Part shown: in pieces, positions 21,101 to 34,700 of the stretch
Layout: each line of letters begins with the position of its first letter
Position numbering within the stretch: the first letter of the stretch is position 1
NCBI GenBank assembly: GCA_964658305.1
Contig: OZ210884.1
Span: forward strand, 7,874,001-7,938,000
From: Leptogorgia sarmentosa
Lineage: Eukaryota
Direction of reading: 5' to 3'
DNA length: 64,000 nt
Translations under genes and position numbers: made by a program
The notes under the pieces: generated by a model
Databases searched by the model: none
The model's input: the letters and a program-made list of their open reading frames with translations, nothing else
What the model was told of the DNA's origin: nothing

Positions 21101-24100
21101 TCACTTCTTCTGAAATCCTTTGATTCTTTCCTCCTTCTCGCCACGGCAAAGTGCACACTTGTACTTGGATTTGGATTTCGACAATTCCTTGTATGTTTTC
21201 TCGTCAATGCCTTCACAATCGGTGTGCGTCCAGCGGTCACACATATCACAACACACCATGGGTAGGTCTGTCTCATCATTGCGGTACACTTTGAGACAGA
21301 TTGGGCAGAAATTCCCATTGCGAAATAACCTTGAACACGAGATACACAAGGTTTGCAAGAACTGCGGCTCTTCACCTTCGCCGGGAATTGTGAACTCGTG
21401 TTTCCACTTGGCCGCGCTACCTTCGGGGCCTGGAACCCTCTTCAAACACGAAGCACACATTCCGCATTTATCACAGATCCATCTGCCAATGGGGATCTGG
21501 GTTAAACCAACACAGAAACTATGGTAACCTCTATCGCATTCGTCACAGAACAACATCTTATCTTCATCATGGGGATCGTTACACAGGGTACACCTCTTAC
21601 ACTCCATGCATTGCCAAGAGTAGGTCTTGATTATTTTGACCAACTGAGGACTCATATCCAGACAAGTTGGATGGCCACTGTTTTCACATTCTGAACAATG
21701 GATTAGACTCTCTGGCATACCTAAATCAAAATCGTATTGTAAAGAAGCACTCGTGGTTTGCAGGACTCCGAACTACTGAACTACAACAAACTTCAATACA
21801 TATGGCCAGCGTACGTAGGAAGTCCGAGATGTAGGAAGTATCGAATTTTGTTGAAATATCACCATTTGGGGTATTTGTGGCCAAAATTTTTCAATGATCT
21901 TTCAACTTGAAAGTTGTAATTGTAAATTTTGACCACCATTCGTTCAGGCATGCAAGAGGCATTTCTGTAAAAACGTTCTCTGAATCCTTACCTTTCTTGT
22001 TTCTTTCTGGGCCAGATAAACAAATACCACAGATAGGATCTTTTTTACCACTGGCCACATTCCTGTAATATGTTTTCTTCGGAGGAGGCTCATCGTAAAT
22101 ATCCTCACGTTTTCCCATGGTGACTAATGGTGCGGGTGACTCTGGTGGATTTTCGACAGCCTCTTCTAACATCTGAAAAGCTTCTGGGACTGTGATTACC
22201 TTAAACATAGCAGAAAAGGGTCGGTTGTTCAAAGCCTGTTTAGCTTAAACGGTAGATAAGTCCAAGGGCCGGTTGTGCGAAAGTCGGATAACTTTATCCA
22301 GCGGATAGTGATTTTTTCAACCGCTGTAAGAGTGCACAAAAAGCTAAAAAACTGCACCTATGGCGGGGCAATTAATAAAAGGAAAGTTTAACTTTAAAAT
22401 ATCGAAGTTTAATCTGAATTGGATGGATCAACGGGTTATTTTTTCATCAACGGGCGACTTTCACCTTTCGTACAACCGGCTCCAGTCAATGTCAAGCTAA
22501 TCTATGTATTCATTGAACGATCAAAATAAAATCTTTTAATCAGAAAAGAACTTACGCATATAACTACATATTCATTGTTTAAAATTTATGTTCAGTTATT
22601 CACAAGACAAATGGGAGTGCAATTCAAATTTGACTTATCCACCGTTTAAGCTAAACGGGCTACCAACAACCGGCCCCTGGGTTAGATTTGAATTCCACTA
22701 CAACTATCGCTACCTTTCACTAACCTACTATACGCATGTTATTGGTTAACAGGGCCGGTTGTACGAAAGGTGAATAGCGCTATCCATCGGATAGCGACTT
22801 TTTCAAGCTTTCTAAACCAAACCGTTGATCCATCCAATTCAGATTAAACTTTGATATTTTAAAGTTGAACTTTCCTTTTATTAATTGCCAGGCCCATATG
22901 TGCAGTTTTATAGCTTTTTGTGTATTTTTACGGCGGCTGAAAAATCACTATCCGATGGATAAGGTTATCCGAAAACTTTAAAGCGTTCGGTTGGTTCATG
23001 TGTCTTGTATGGTATAGCGTTGGTGGAAGTCAAATCTGAACCTCTCTAGTAAGCGGGTGGGTGTGCGCTGAACATCCTTAGTTGCAGCTGAAGGCTCACA
23101 CAGAACTTTGAAGGACGCAGCTCAACACGAACGATTGAATGCTTTTATAAGGCAGTCACTTTATGACTCGTGTCTGATCACGGAGTACAACTACGGTGGA
23201 AGGCTTGCAATGTTCGCTAGCATGACAGCATGCTGCCAGGAATTTTTTTTTACTTTAAAGGAAATTTTGGAGAAACACAAACATCGTGGAATGGATATAT
23301 CGACGCTCAAGTTTGCTGCTTTTCTTAAAGATAAATAATCTCGATGTTTAACCATATGCAACAGAATTTTAATGTAAAAAAACAAAGTAAATCTGTAATT
23401 TTGCAGGAAATGTTTTTGAGCAGTACTGCAGTTAAGCCTGCGGCCAGGAAGAAAATATTTTACATATTACGGTGGAAGGGTCAATTACGAGACAATAAAC
23501 AAAATCCTTGTTTGAAAGGGTTGTTGAATGACTGTTAAATTTAGTCAGGATGCTCTCTCTTTGCTGGTGTTTACCTCTGGTTGGGGAGGTGGTGGAAAGA
23601 AAACCACCGAGTTCAAAGGAAACTGATTCAGGTCATTTGAAGTATAAGGATAGTAATAATCTTGGTACTGGCCCAGAAGTAGTGCAACAGGGTATTTACT
23701 TGGCACTGTCATATGTGGTGGCATTTTTATATTTTTTCGTGCAGGAATATGAATGAGCTGGGTCTGCATGTCATAGTACGAAGCACGTTCCTCTTTCCGT
23801 TGATGTAGTAGCATGGAGTTGTATTCTGAGGAGTCCTTCATGGCTTTCTTCAGAGCATTTGTCTGTCTTATCGACATCATCTTTCTGTTCTTGTTTTCCT
23901 TGATTGCTTGTTGTCTTTCTTTTTTGTGCAAGATAGTCACATATCTTTGGTAGAATGAAGGGAAATGATCAATCATCACTTGCCTCACATCGTCAGTGTT
24001 CAAAGCCAATATCTGCAAGTGTGGTGATTGAATATGTATTAAATTTAGTTAACAAGCAGCAAAGTTTCTACGCACTACATAAATAATATAAATTAATTTG

Positions 24101-25087
24101 ATGTTTCGGGCACTTTGTTGACAAAGTGTCCGATATTTGGGATGGATTGATGCTCATTTGATGGGAAGAATGTGCACATGTCATTGTGGGCAAACTATAT
24201 GAGACCAATCAGGCTGTTGCATGACTGACTGCCTTCACAATTTCAGTTTAAAATCCAAAGATGAGAATGTTTGAGAAATCGCACCCTAGTACAAGGCTTC
24301 AAAAACGAACAAGAACTATCGGGGATCGTAAATCTCACGAGACTGAGCTTTTTGTTTTCGGTCATGCTTGTCTACTGTACAGAGTGCTCATGCTCTATCT
24401 ACTGTACAGAGTTCGTCCTGAGTTCCATGCCAGTTGTATTCAACATATTATAAAATAATGACAAAGTCTTGATCTAATTCGCAAGAATCGACATGCATGA
24501 CAGATTGTGGAGGATTTTAATATGATATTAAATTACCTTTCTTTAAATATTTCACGTGGCCATGACGAGCGCTGATGCATCAAAGAGACCGCAGACCTAT
24601 ACTTCAGCGGTATTAATACGCCAATACTTCATGTTGTTAGCGCGTTTGGCACATTCTTCCGAAAATTTTCAAGTAAAATGATAATACTTTGGGACTTTTT
24701 AAAAATAGTCCTGAAATAATCACTTTCAAATGAAGCATGCGGGCGGAGGACCAGAAACTAATGATCAACTTGTAGGGGCTTAGTCTCGGTGGCAAACCAA
24801 GTCATTTTGTAATTTTTCTGTACCTTCTTGTCGTCATGAAATTCAGCTTCTGTAATGGTTCCTTGTTCGAACAGAAACTTCCTCTCCTCTTTGGATACTT
24901 CATGATGTTGCATCTGAGGATATTTCTGCAACAGACTCTTTTCTTTCAAAAATTCACAAACCTGTCTTTCTAATTGATAGTACTCTCCGGCATTCTCTTG
25001 TGGCCACTGATAGTCAAAAGGCAGTGTCTCCAATGTTGTTGTCTCGTTCTTTGATAGCTTCTCTGCCGTTGCCGCCGTGGTGGACAT
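21101..25087 (-). CDS. PHF10: PHD finger protein 10 (BAF45a/SAYP-like), 4 exons, ~509 aa
   Basis: Exons 25087-24824, 24012-23575, 22199-21992, 21720-21101 join in frame. SAY-domain motifs ([33 protein letters not shown]) and a double PHD (CGIC...[12 protein letters not shown]...WQCMECKRC...CDECDRGYH). Confidence 0.92.
22221..22680. mobile_element. MITE with a nested related MITE (22265-22485); another partial copy at 22750-22970
   Basis: TIRs ggttgttcaaagcctgtttagcttaaacgg / ccgtttaagctaaacgggctaccaacaacc. The inner element runs ccggttgtgcgaaag...ctttcgtacaaccgg. Confidence 0.7.
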
Positions 25088-25734
25088 GGCGAATTTAGCC
25101 AATGAAGTCAAGATTATTCGCTGTTTTGTTCTACAAATTTGCGAAAGTTGTCCGCCATGCTGCTTTTTTTCAAAGGAAGCCAACGGAGGGCAATGATTGG
25201 TTAAATTTTAGACACTGAGCTGTAGTTACTCATATATAACTGGATTAAGAACAATTCAAAGAATTTTCCGAGCAACACAGCGTTTAAAAACTTTTACTCT
25301 CTACCTAAATTATACAACAAGCCGATGAAGGGCAAATCTTGTTGCAATGTTAGGTATTGAGTAGATGAAGGGCTTTTTGCTGCTTTTGTTGATGTTGTTC
25401 AATTAATAAATTTCCTATTTGCACTTTCTTCTCTTACAAGAAATATTGGCTAGCAGTGATGGCAAAGAACGCTTAATAACAATGATTTGATCTCAATGAA
25501 TCGAAAGAACGAACGTCATGCGCGGGATAAGGCAGATTACTGAAGAAATGAAGAAATTTGTAATACCATAATCAAAATAATCAATAAATTTCATTTTCAG
25601 ATATTTTTTGTTAATAGTGGAAGCACGGATCCGATATCTCCCATAAGGCAATTCGGTGATAATATTCATTTTTCTTTGACTCGTGGCGGGTAGAAAGCGA
25701 AGTTTCCATCAACTTAATTCCATATTTTTGCGAA
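25088..25734. promoter_or_regulatory. Bidirectional promoter and 5' UTR region shared by PHF10 and SNRNP70
   Basis: Divergent ATGs are only 648 bp apart. CCAAT-type motif (gattgg) at ~25195. Confidence 0.6.
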
Positions 25735-28700
25735 ATGACGGCGTTTTTACCATCAAATCTTCTGGCATTATTTGCTCCGAGGAATCCTATACCTTATCGA
25801 CCACCTCTGGACAAACTTGGTCATCAGAAGAAGCCATGGCCGTATACCGGAGTCTCCAATCATTTGGACATGTTTGAGGTAGACAAATTGTGCCTTTGTA
25901 TGTGTATAAGTGTATAGTTCTATGTATTGTTTTGTTCTCGCATCAATAATATGTATGTTGTCGTAATGCTCATGTTTTGCTTGATATTATTTACTCAGAA
26001 AACATAAATTTTGAAAGTTTAATAGCTATTTTCTTTCTCATTATATTTTTGTTTTCTGCACCCCCTTCCCCCCCCCGTCCTCCACCTTCCTTCCCTCACT
26101 CTCCCCCCCCCCCCCCCCCATCGTCCACCCCCATCATCCAACCTTACCCCCTTCTTCCCCCCCTCTCCCCCCTTTACCCTGGAATTAACACTTGAATTTG
26201 TATTGTTTTCAGGATCCAAACGACACCCCCGCTCCAACAAGGGCAGAAAATAGAGTGGAAAAAACTGAACGAAAGGCAAGTTGTGGTATTTCAGAAACTG
26301 CCAAGTGGTCCTTTCTCAATTTCCATTAAAAGAAGAGGCAGCACTGATTTTTAATGTTTTACAAAATTTAGAAAAAGGAAAGAATTGAGAAGAACAAGTT
26401 TCAGCTGGAACAAGCAGTGGAAGAATGTAAGCATACATGTATATTATATAAAGGCATTTAGATTCAGCTGGAATGGATCATTCCTGAAAAGATCTATGTA
26501 TTCTCTCTCCACACGGACGAGGGGAAGGAGAAAAAATTGTTTCTGATAATAGTTACATCTGAAGCTAATTAGGGCAAAAATTAGGATTTCTAACGGGGGT
26601 AGAGGGGATAACATCCTATCCATCGCACATAATCCACACTGCATGTGTTCACTCTGTGCCAAATGGATGGATATTCCATGCATTAGTCTAAAATAATAAA
26701 GTCTTTGAAACGTTCTCTGATCGTAAATTTTATTTAAGACACGAGCTTTCGTCTGCCAGCCTGCAGTCTTCGACTTACTTGTCTTATACACCTATACATT
26801 TTTAATAAGTCTGAAATAACTTTTCAATTTAATGACTTGTAGGGGATCCGTATTCAGATCCTAATGCAGCAACTGATGCCTTCAAAACTTTGTTCATTGG
26901 ACGGCTGGTAAGTATGCTGTACACATGTGTAATATCCTGTAGCGCAAGGGGGAAATTTGAAGGAAAATATTGAAAACAAATTAAAACCAAAGTAACTGCA
27001 CCAGTGTGAAGGAATTACAACTACTAAAAATATGTCACAACACATCATCTACGACGACTACGTCTAAAAGACTAAGCCTACGACTAAAAATATGTCACAA
27101 CACATCATCTACGACAACTACGTCTAAAAGACTAAGCCTACGACTAAAAATTTGTCACAACACATCATCTACGACGACTACGTCTAAAAGACTAAGCCTA
27201 CGACTAAAAATATGTCACAACACATCATCTACGACAACTACGTCTAAAAGACTAAGCCTACGACTAAAAATATGTCACAACACATCATCTACGACGACTA
27301 CGTCTAAAAGACTAAGCCTACGACTAAAAATATGTCACAACACATCATGTACGACAACTACGTCTAAAAGACTAAGCCTACGACTAAAAATATGTCACAA
27401 CACATCATCTACGACGACTACGTCTAAAAGACTAAGCCTACGACTAAAAATATGTCACAACACATCATCTACGACAACTACGTCTAAAAGACTAAGCCTA
27501 CGACTAAAAATATGTCACAACACATCATCTACGACGACTACGTCTAAAAGACTAAGCCTACGACTAAAAATATGTCACAACACATCATCTACGACAACTA
27601 CGTCTAAAAGACTATAAGCCTACGACTAAAAATATGTCACAACACATCATCTACGACGACTACGTCTAAAAGACTAAGCCTACGACTAAAAATATGTCAC
27701 AACACATCATCTACACTACGTCTAAAACACTAAGCCTACGACTAAAAATATGTCACAACACATCATCTACGACGACTACGTCTAAAAGACTAAGCCTACG
27801 ACTAAAAATATGTCACAACACATCATCTACGACGACTACGTCTAAAAGACTAAGCCTACGACTAAAAATATGTCACAACACATCATCTACGACAACTACG
27901 TCTAAAAGACTAAGCCTACGACTAAAAATATGTCACAACACATCATCTACGACGACTACGTCTAAAAGACTAAGCCTACGACTAAAAATATGTCACAACA
28001 CATCATGTACGACAACTACGTCTAAAAGACTAAGCCTACGACTAAAAATATGTCACAACACATCATCTACGACGACTACGTCTAAAAGACTAAGCCTACG
28101 ACTAAAAATATGTCACAACACATCATCTACACTACGTCTAAAACACTAAGCCTACGACTAAAAATATGTCACAACACATCATCTACGACGACTACGTCTA
28201 AAAGACTAAGCCTACGACTAAAAATATGTCACAACACATCATCTACGACGACTACGTCTAAAAGACTAAGCCTACGACTAAAAATATGTCACAACACATC
28301 ATCTACGACAACTACGTCTAAAAGACTAAGCCTACGACTAAAAATATGTCACAACACATCATCTACGACGACTACGTCTAAAAGACTAAGCCTACGACTA
28401 AAAATATGTCACAACACATCATCTACGACGACTACGTCTAAAAGAATAAGCCTACGACTAAAAATATGTCACAACACATCATCTACGACGACTACGTCTA
28501 AAAGACTAAGCCTACGACTAAAAATATGTCACAACACATCATCTACGACGACTACGTCTAAAAGACTAAGCCTACGACTAAAAATATGTCACAACACATC
28601 ATGTACGACAACTACGTCTAAAAGACTAAGCCTACGACTAAAAATATGTCACAACACATCATCTACGACAACTACGTCTAAAAGACTAAGCCTACGACTA

Positions 28701-31700
28701 AAAATATGTCACAACACATCATCTACGACGACTACGTCTAAAAGACTAAGCCTACGACTAAAAATATGTCACAACACATCATCTACACTACGTCTAAAAC
28801 ACTAAGCCTACGACTAAAAATATGTCACAACACATCATCTACGACGACTACGTCTAAAAGACTAAGCCTACGACTAAAAATATGTCACAACACATCATCT
28901 ACGACGACTACGTCTAAAAGACTAAGCCTACGACTAAAAATTTGTCACAACACATCATCTACGACGACTACGTCTAATTAAGACTAAGTCTACGACTAAA
29001 AATTTGTCACAACACATCATCTACGACGACTACGTCTAAAAGACTAAGCCTACGACTAAAAATATGTCACAACACATCATCTACGACAACTACGTCTAAA
29101 AGACTAAGCCTACGACTAAAAATATGTCACAACACATCATCTACGACAACTACGTCTAAAAGACTAAGCCTACGACTAAAAATATGTCACAACACATCAT
29201 CTACGACAACTACGTCTAAAAGACTAAGCCTACGACTAAAAATATGTCACAACACATCATCTACACTACGTCTAAAAGACTAAACCTACGACTAAAAATA
29301 TGTCACAACACATCATCTACGACAACTACGTCTAAAAGACTAAGCCTACGACTAAAAATATGTCACAACACATCATCTACGACAACTACGTCTAAAAGAC
29401 TAAGCCTACGACTAAAAATATGTCACAACACATCATCTACGACAACTACGTCTAAAACACTAAGCCTACGACTAAAAATATGTCACAACACATCATCTAC
29501 GACAACTACGTCTAAAAGACTAAGCCTACGACTAAAAATATGTCACAACACATCATCTACAACGACTACGTCTAAAAGACTAAGCCTACGACTAAAAATA
29601 TGTCACAACACATCATCTACGACGACTACGTCTAAAAGACTAAGCCTACGACTAAAAATATGTCACAACACATCATCTACGACAACTACGTCTAAAAGAC
29701 TAAGCCTACGACTAAAAATATGTCACAACACATCATCTACGACAACTACGTCTAAAAGACTAAGCCTACGACTAAAAATATGTCACAACACATCATCTAC
29801 GACAACTACGTCTAAAAGACTAAGCCTACGACTAAAAATATGTCACAACACATCATCTACGACAACTACGTCTAAAAGACTAAGCCTACGACTAAAAATA
29901 TGTCACAACACATCATCTACGACGACTACGTCTAATTAAGACTAAGTCTACGACTAAAAATTTGTCACAACACATCATCTACGACGACTACGTCTAAAAG
30001 ACTAAGCCTACGACTAAAAATATGTCACAACACATCATCTACGACGACTACGTCTAAAAGACTAAGCCTACGACTAAAAATATGTCACAACACATCATCT
30101 ACGACGACTACGTCTAAAAGACTAAGCCTACGACTAAAAATATGTCACAACACATCATCTACGACAACTACGTCTAAAAGACTAACCCTACGACTAAAAA
30201 TATGTCACAACACATCATCTACGACGACTACGTCTAAAAGACTAAGCCTACGACTAAAAATATGTCACAACACATCATCTACGACGACTACGTCTAAAAG
30301 ACTAAGCCTACGACTAAAAATATGTCACAACACATCATCTACGACGACTACGTCTAAAAGACTAAGTCTACGACTAAAAATTTGTCACAACACATCATCT
30401 ACGACGACTACGTCTAAAAGACTAAGCCTACGACTAAAAATATGTCACAACACATCATCTACGACGACTACGTCTAAAAGACTAAGCCTACGACTAAAAA
30501 TATGTCACAACACATCATCTACGACGACTACGTCTAAAAGACTAAGCCTACGACTAAAAATATGTCACAACACATCATCTACGACAACTACGTCTAAAAG
30601 ACTAACCCTACGACTAAAAATATGTCACAACACATCATCTACGACGACTACGTCTAAAAGACTAAGCCTACGACTAAAAATATGTCACAACACATCATCT
30701 ACGACGACTACGTCTAAAAGACTAAGCCTACGACTAAAAATATGTCACAACACATCATCTACTACAACTACGTCTAAAACACTAAGCCTACGACTAAAAA
30801 TATGTCACAACACATCATCTACGACAACTACGTCTAAAAGACTAAGCCTACGACTAAAAATATGTCACAACACATCATCTACGACAACTACGTCTAAAAG
30901 ACTAAGTCTACGACTAAAAATTTGTCACAACACATCATCTACGACGACTACGTCTAAAAGACTAAGCCTACGACTAAAAATATGTCACAACACATCATCT
31001 ACGACGACTACGTCTAAAAGACTAAGCCTACGACTAAAAATATGTCACAACACATCATCTACGACGACTACGTCTAAAAGACTAAGCCTACGACTAAAAA
31101 TATGTCACAACACATCATGTACGACAACTACGTCTAAAAGACTAAGCCTACGACTAAAAATATGTCACAACACATCATCTACGACAACTACGTCTAAAAG
31201 ACTAAGCCTACGACTAAAAATATGTCACAACACATCATCTACGACGACTACGTCTAAAAGACTAAGCCTACGACTAAAAATATGTCACAACACATCATCT
31301 ACACTACGTCTAAAACACTAAGCCTACGACTAAAAATATGTCACAACACATCATCTACGACGACTACGTCTAAAAGACTAAGCCTACGACTAAAAATATG
31401 TCACAACACATCATCTACGACGACTACGTCTAAAAGACTAAGCCTACGACTAAAAATTTGTCACAACACATCATCTACGACGACTACGTCTAATTAAGAC
31501 TAAGTCTACGACTAAAAATTTGTCACAACACATCATCTACGACGACTACGTCTAAAAGACTAAGCCTACGACTAAAAATATGTCACAACACATCATCTAC
31601 GACAACTACGTCTAAAAGACTAAGCCTACGACTAAAAATATGTCACAACACATCATCTACGACAACTACGTCTAAAAGACTAAGCCTACGACTAAAAATA

Positions 31701-34700
31701 TGTCACAACACATCATCTACGACAACTACGTCTAAAAGACTAAGCCTACGACTAAAAATATGTCACAACACATCATCTACACTACGTCTAAAAGACTAAA
31801 CCTACGACTAAAAATATGTCACAACACATCATCTACGACAACTACGTCTAAAAGACTAAGCCTACGACTAAAAATATGTCACAACACATCATCTACGACA
31901 ACTACGTCTAAAAGACTAAGCCTACGACTAAAAATATGTCACAACACATCATCTACGACAACTACGTCTAAAACACTAAGCCTACGACTAAAAATATGTC
32001 ACAACACATCATCTACGACAACTACGTCTAAAAGACTAAGCCTACGACTAAAAATATGTCACAACACATCATCTACGACAACTACGTCTAAAAGACTAAG
32101 CCTACGACTAAAAATATGTCACAACACATCATCTACACTACGTCTAAAAGACTAAACCTACGACTAAAAATATGTCACAACACATCATCTACGACAACTA
32201 CGTCTAAAAGACTAAGCCTACGACTAAAAATATGTCACAACACATCATCTACGACAACTACGTCTAAAAGACTAAGCCTACGACTAAAAATATGTCACAA
32301 CACATCATCTACGACAACTACGTCTAAAAGACTAAGCCTACGACTAAAAATATGTCACAACACATCATCTACGACAACTACGTCTAAAAGACTAAGCCTA
32401 CGACTAAAAATATGTCACAACACATCATCTACGACAACTACGTCTAAAAGACTAAGCCTACGACTAAAAATATGTCACAACACATCATCTACGACAACTA
32501 CGTCTAAAAGACTAAGCCTACGACTAAAAATATGTCACAACACATCATCTACGACGACTACGTCTAAAAGACTAAGCCTACGACTAAAAATATGTCACAA
32601 CACATCATCTACGACAACTACGTCTAAAAGACTAAGCCTACGACTAAAAATATGTCACAACACATCATCTACGACAACTACGTCTAAAAGACTAAGCCTA
32701 CGACTAAAAATATGTCACAACACATCATCTACGACAACTACGTCTAAAAGACTAAGCCTACGACTAAAAATATGTCACAACACATCATCTACGACAACTA
32801 CGTCTAAAAGACTAAGCCTACGACTAAAAATATGTCACAACACATCATCTACGACGACTACGTCTAATTAAGACTAAGTCTACGACTAAAAATTTGTCAC
32901 AACACATCATCTACGACGACTACGTCTAAAAGACTAAGCCTACGACTAAAAATATGTCACAACACATCATCTACGACGACTACGTCTAAAAGACTAAGCC
33001 TACGACTAAAAATATGTCACAACACATCATCTACGACGACTACGTCTAAAAGACTAAGCCTACGACTAAAAATATGTCACAACACATCATCTACGACAAC
33101 TACGTCTAAAAGACTAACCCTACGACTAAAAATATGTCACAACACATCATCTACGACGACTACGTCTAAAAGACTAAGCCTACGACTAAAAATATGTCAC
33201 AACACATCATCTACGACGACTACGTCTAAAAGACTAAGCCTACGACTAAAAATATGTCACAACACATCATCTACGACGACTACGTCTAAAAGACTAAGTC
33301 TACGACTAAAAATTTGTCACAACACATCATCTACGACGACTACGTCTAAAAGACTAAGCCTACGACTAAAAATATGTCACAACACATCATCTACGACGAC
33401 TACGTCTAAAAGACTAAGCCTACGACTAAAAATATGTCACAACACATCATCTACGACGACTACGTCTAAAAGACTAAGCCTACGACTAAAAATATGTCAC
33501 AACACATCATCTACGACAACTACGTCTAAAAGACTAACCCTACGACTAAAAATATGTCACAACACATCATCTACGACGACTACGTCTAAAAGACTAAGCC
33601 TACGACTAAAAATATGTCACAACACATCATCTACGACGACTACGTCTAAAAGACTAAGCCTACGACTAAAAATATGTCACAACACATCATCTACTACAAC
33701 TACGTCTAAAACACTAAGCCTACGACTAAAAATATGTCACAACACATCATCTACGACAACTACGTCTAAAAGACTAAGCCTACGACTAAAAATATGTCAC
33801 AACACATCATCTACGACAACTACGTCTAAAAGACTAAGTCTACGACTAAAAATTTGTCACAACACATCATCTACGACGACTACGTCTAAAAGACTAAGCC
33901 TACGACTAAAAATATGTCACAACACATCATCTACGACAACTACGTCTAAAAGACTAAGCCTACGACTAAAAATATGTCACAACACATCATCTACGACGAC
34001 TACGTCTAAAAGACTAAGCCTACGACTAAAAATATGTCACAACACATCATCTACGACGACTACGTCTAAAAGACTAAGCCTACGACTAAAAATATGTCAC
34101 AACACATCATCTACGACAACTACGTCTAAAAGACTAAGCCTACGACTAAAAATATGTCACAACACATCATCTACGACAACTACGTCTAAAAGACTAAGCC
34201 TACGACTAAAAATATGTCACAACACATCATCTACGACAACTACGTCTAAAAGACTAAGCCTACGACTAAAAATATGTCACAACACATCATCTACGACGAC
34301 TACGTCTAAAAGACTAAGCGTACGACTAAAAATATGTCACAACACATCATCTACGACGACTACGTCTAAAAGACTAAGCCTACGACTAAAAATATGTCAC
34401 AACACATCATCTACGACGACTACGTCTAAAAGACTAAGCCTACGACTAAAAATATGTCACAACACATCATCTACGACGACTACGTCTAAAAGACTAAGCC
34501 TACGACTAAAAATATGTCACAACACATCATCTACGACGACTACGTCTAAAAGACTAAGCGTACGACTAAAAATATGTCACAACACATCATCTACGACGAC
34601 TACGTCTAAAAGACTAAGCCTACCACTGAAAATATCTCACAACACATCATCTACGACAACTACGTCTAAAACACTAAGCCTACGACTAAAAATATGTCAC

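Noticed and set aside
21046..21527. ORFs overlapping the last PHF10 exon
   Set aside because: Shadow frames of a well-supported coding exon.
25977..26279. Pro-rich and Gly-rich ORFs
   Set aside because: They derive from a C-rich low-complexity tract in SNRNP70 intron 1.
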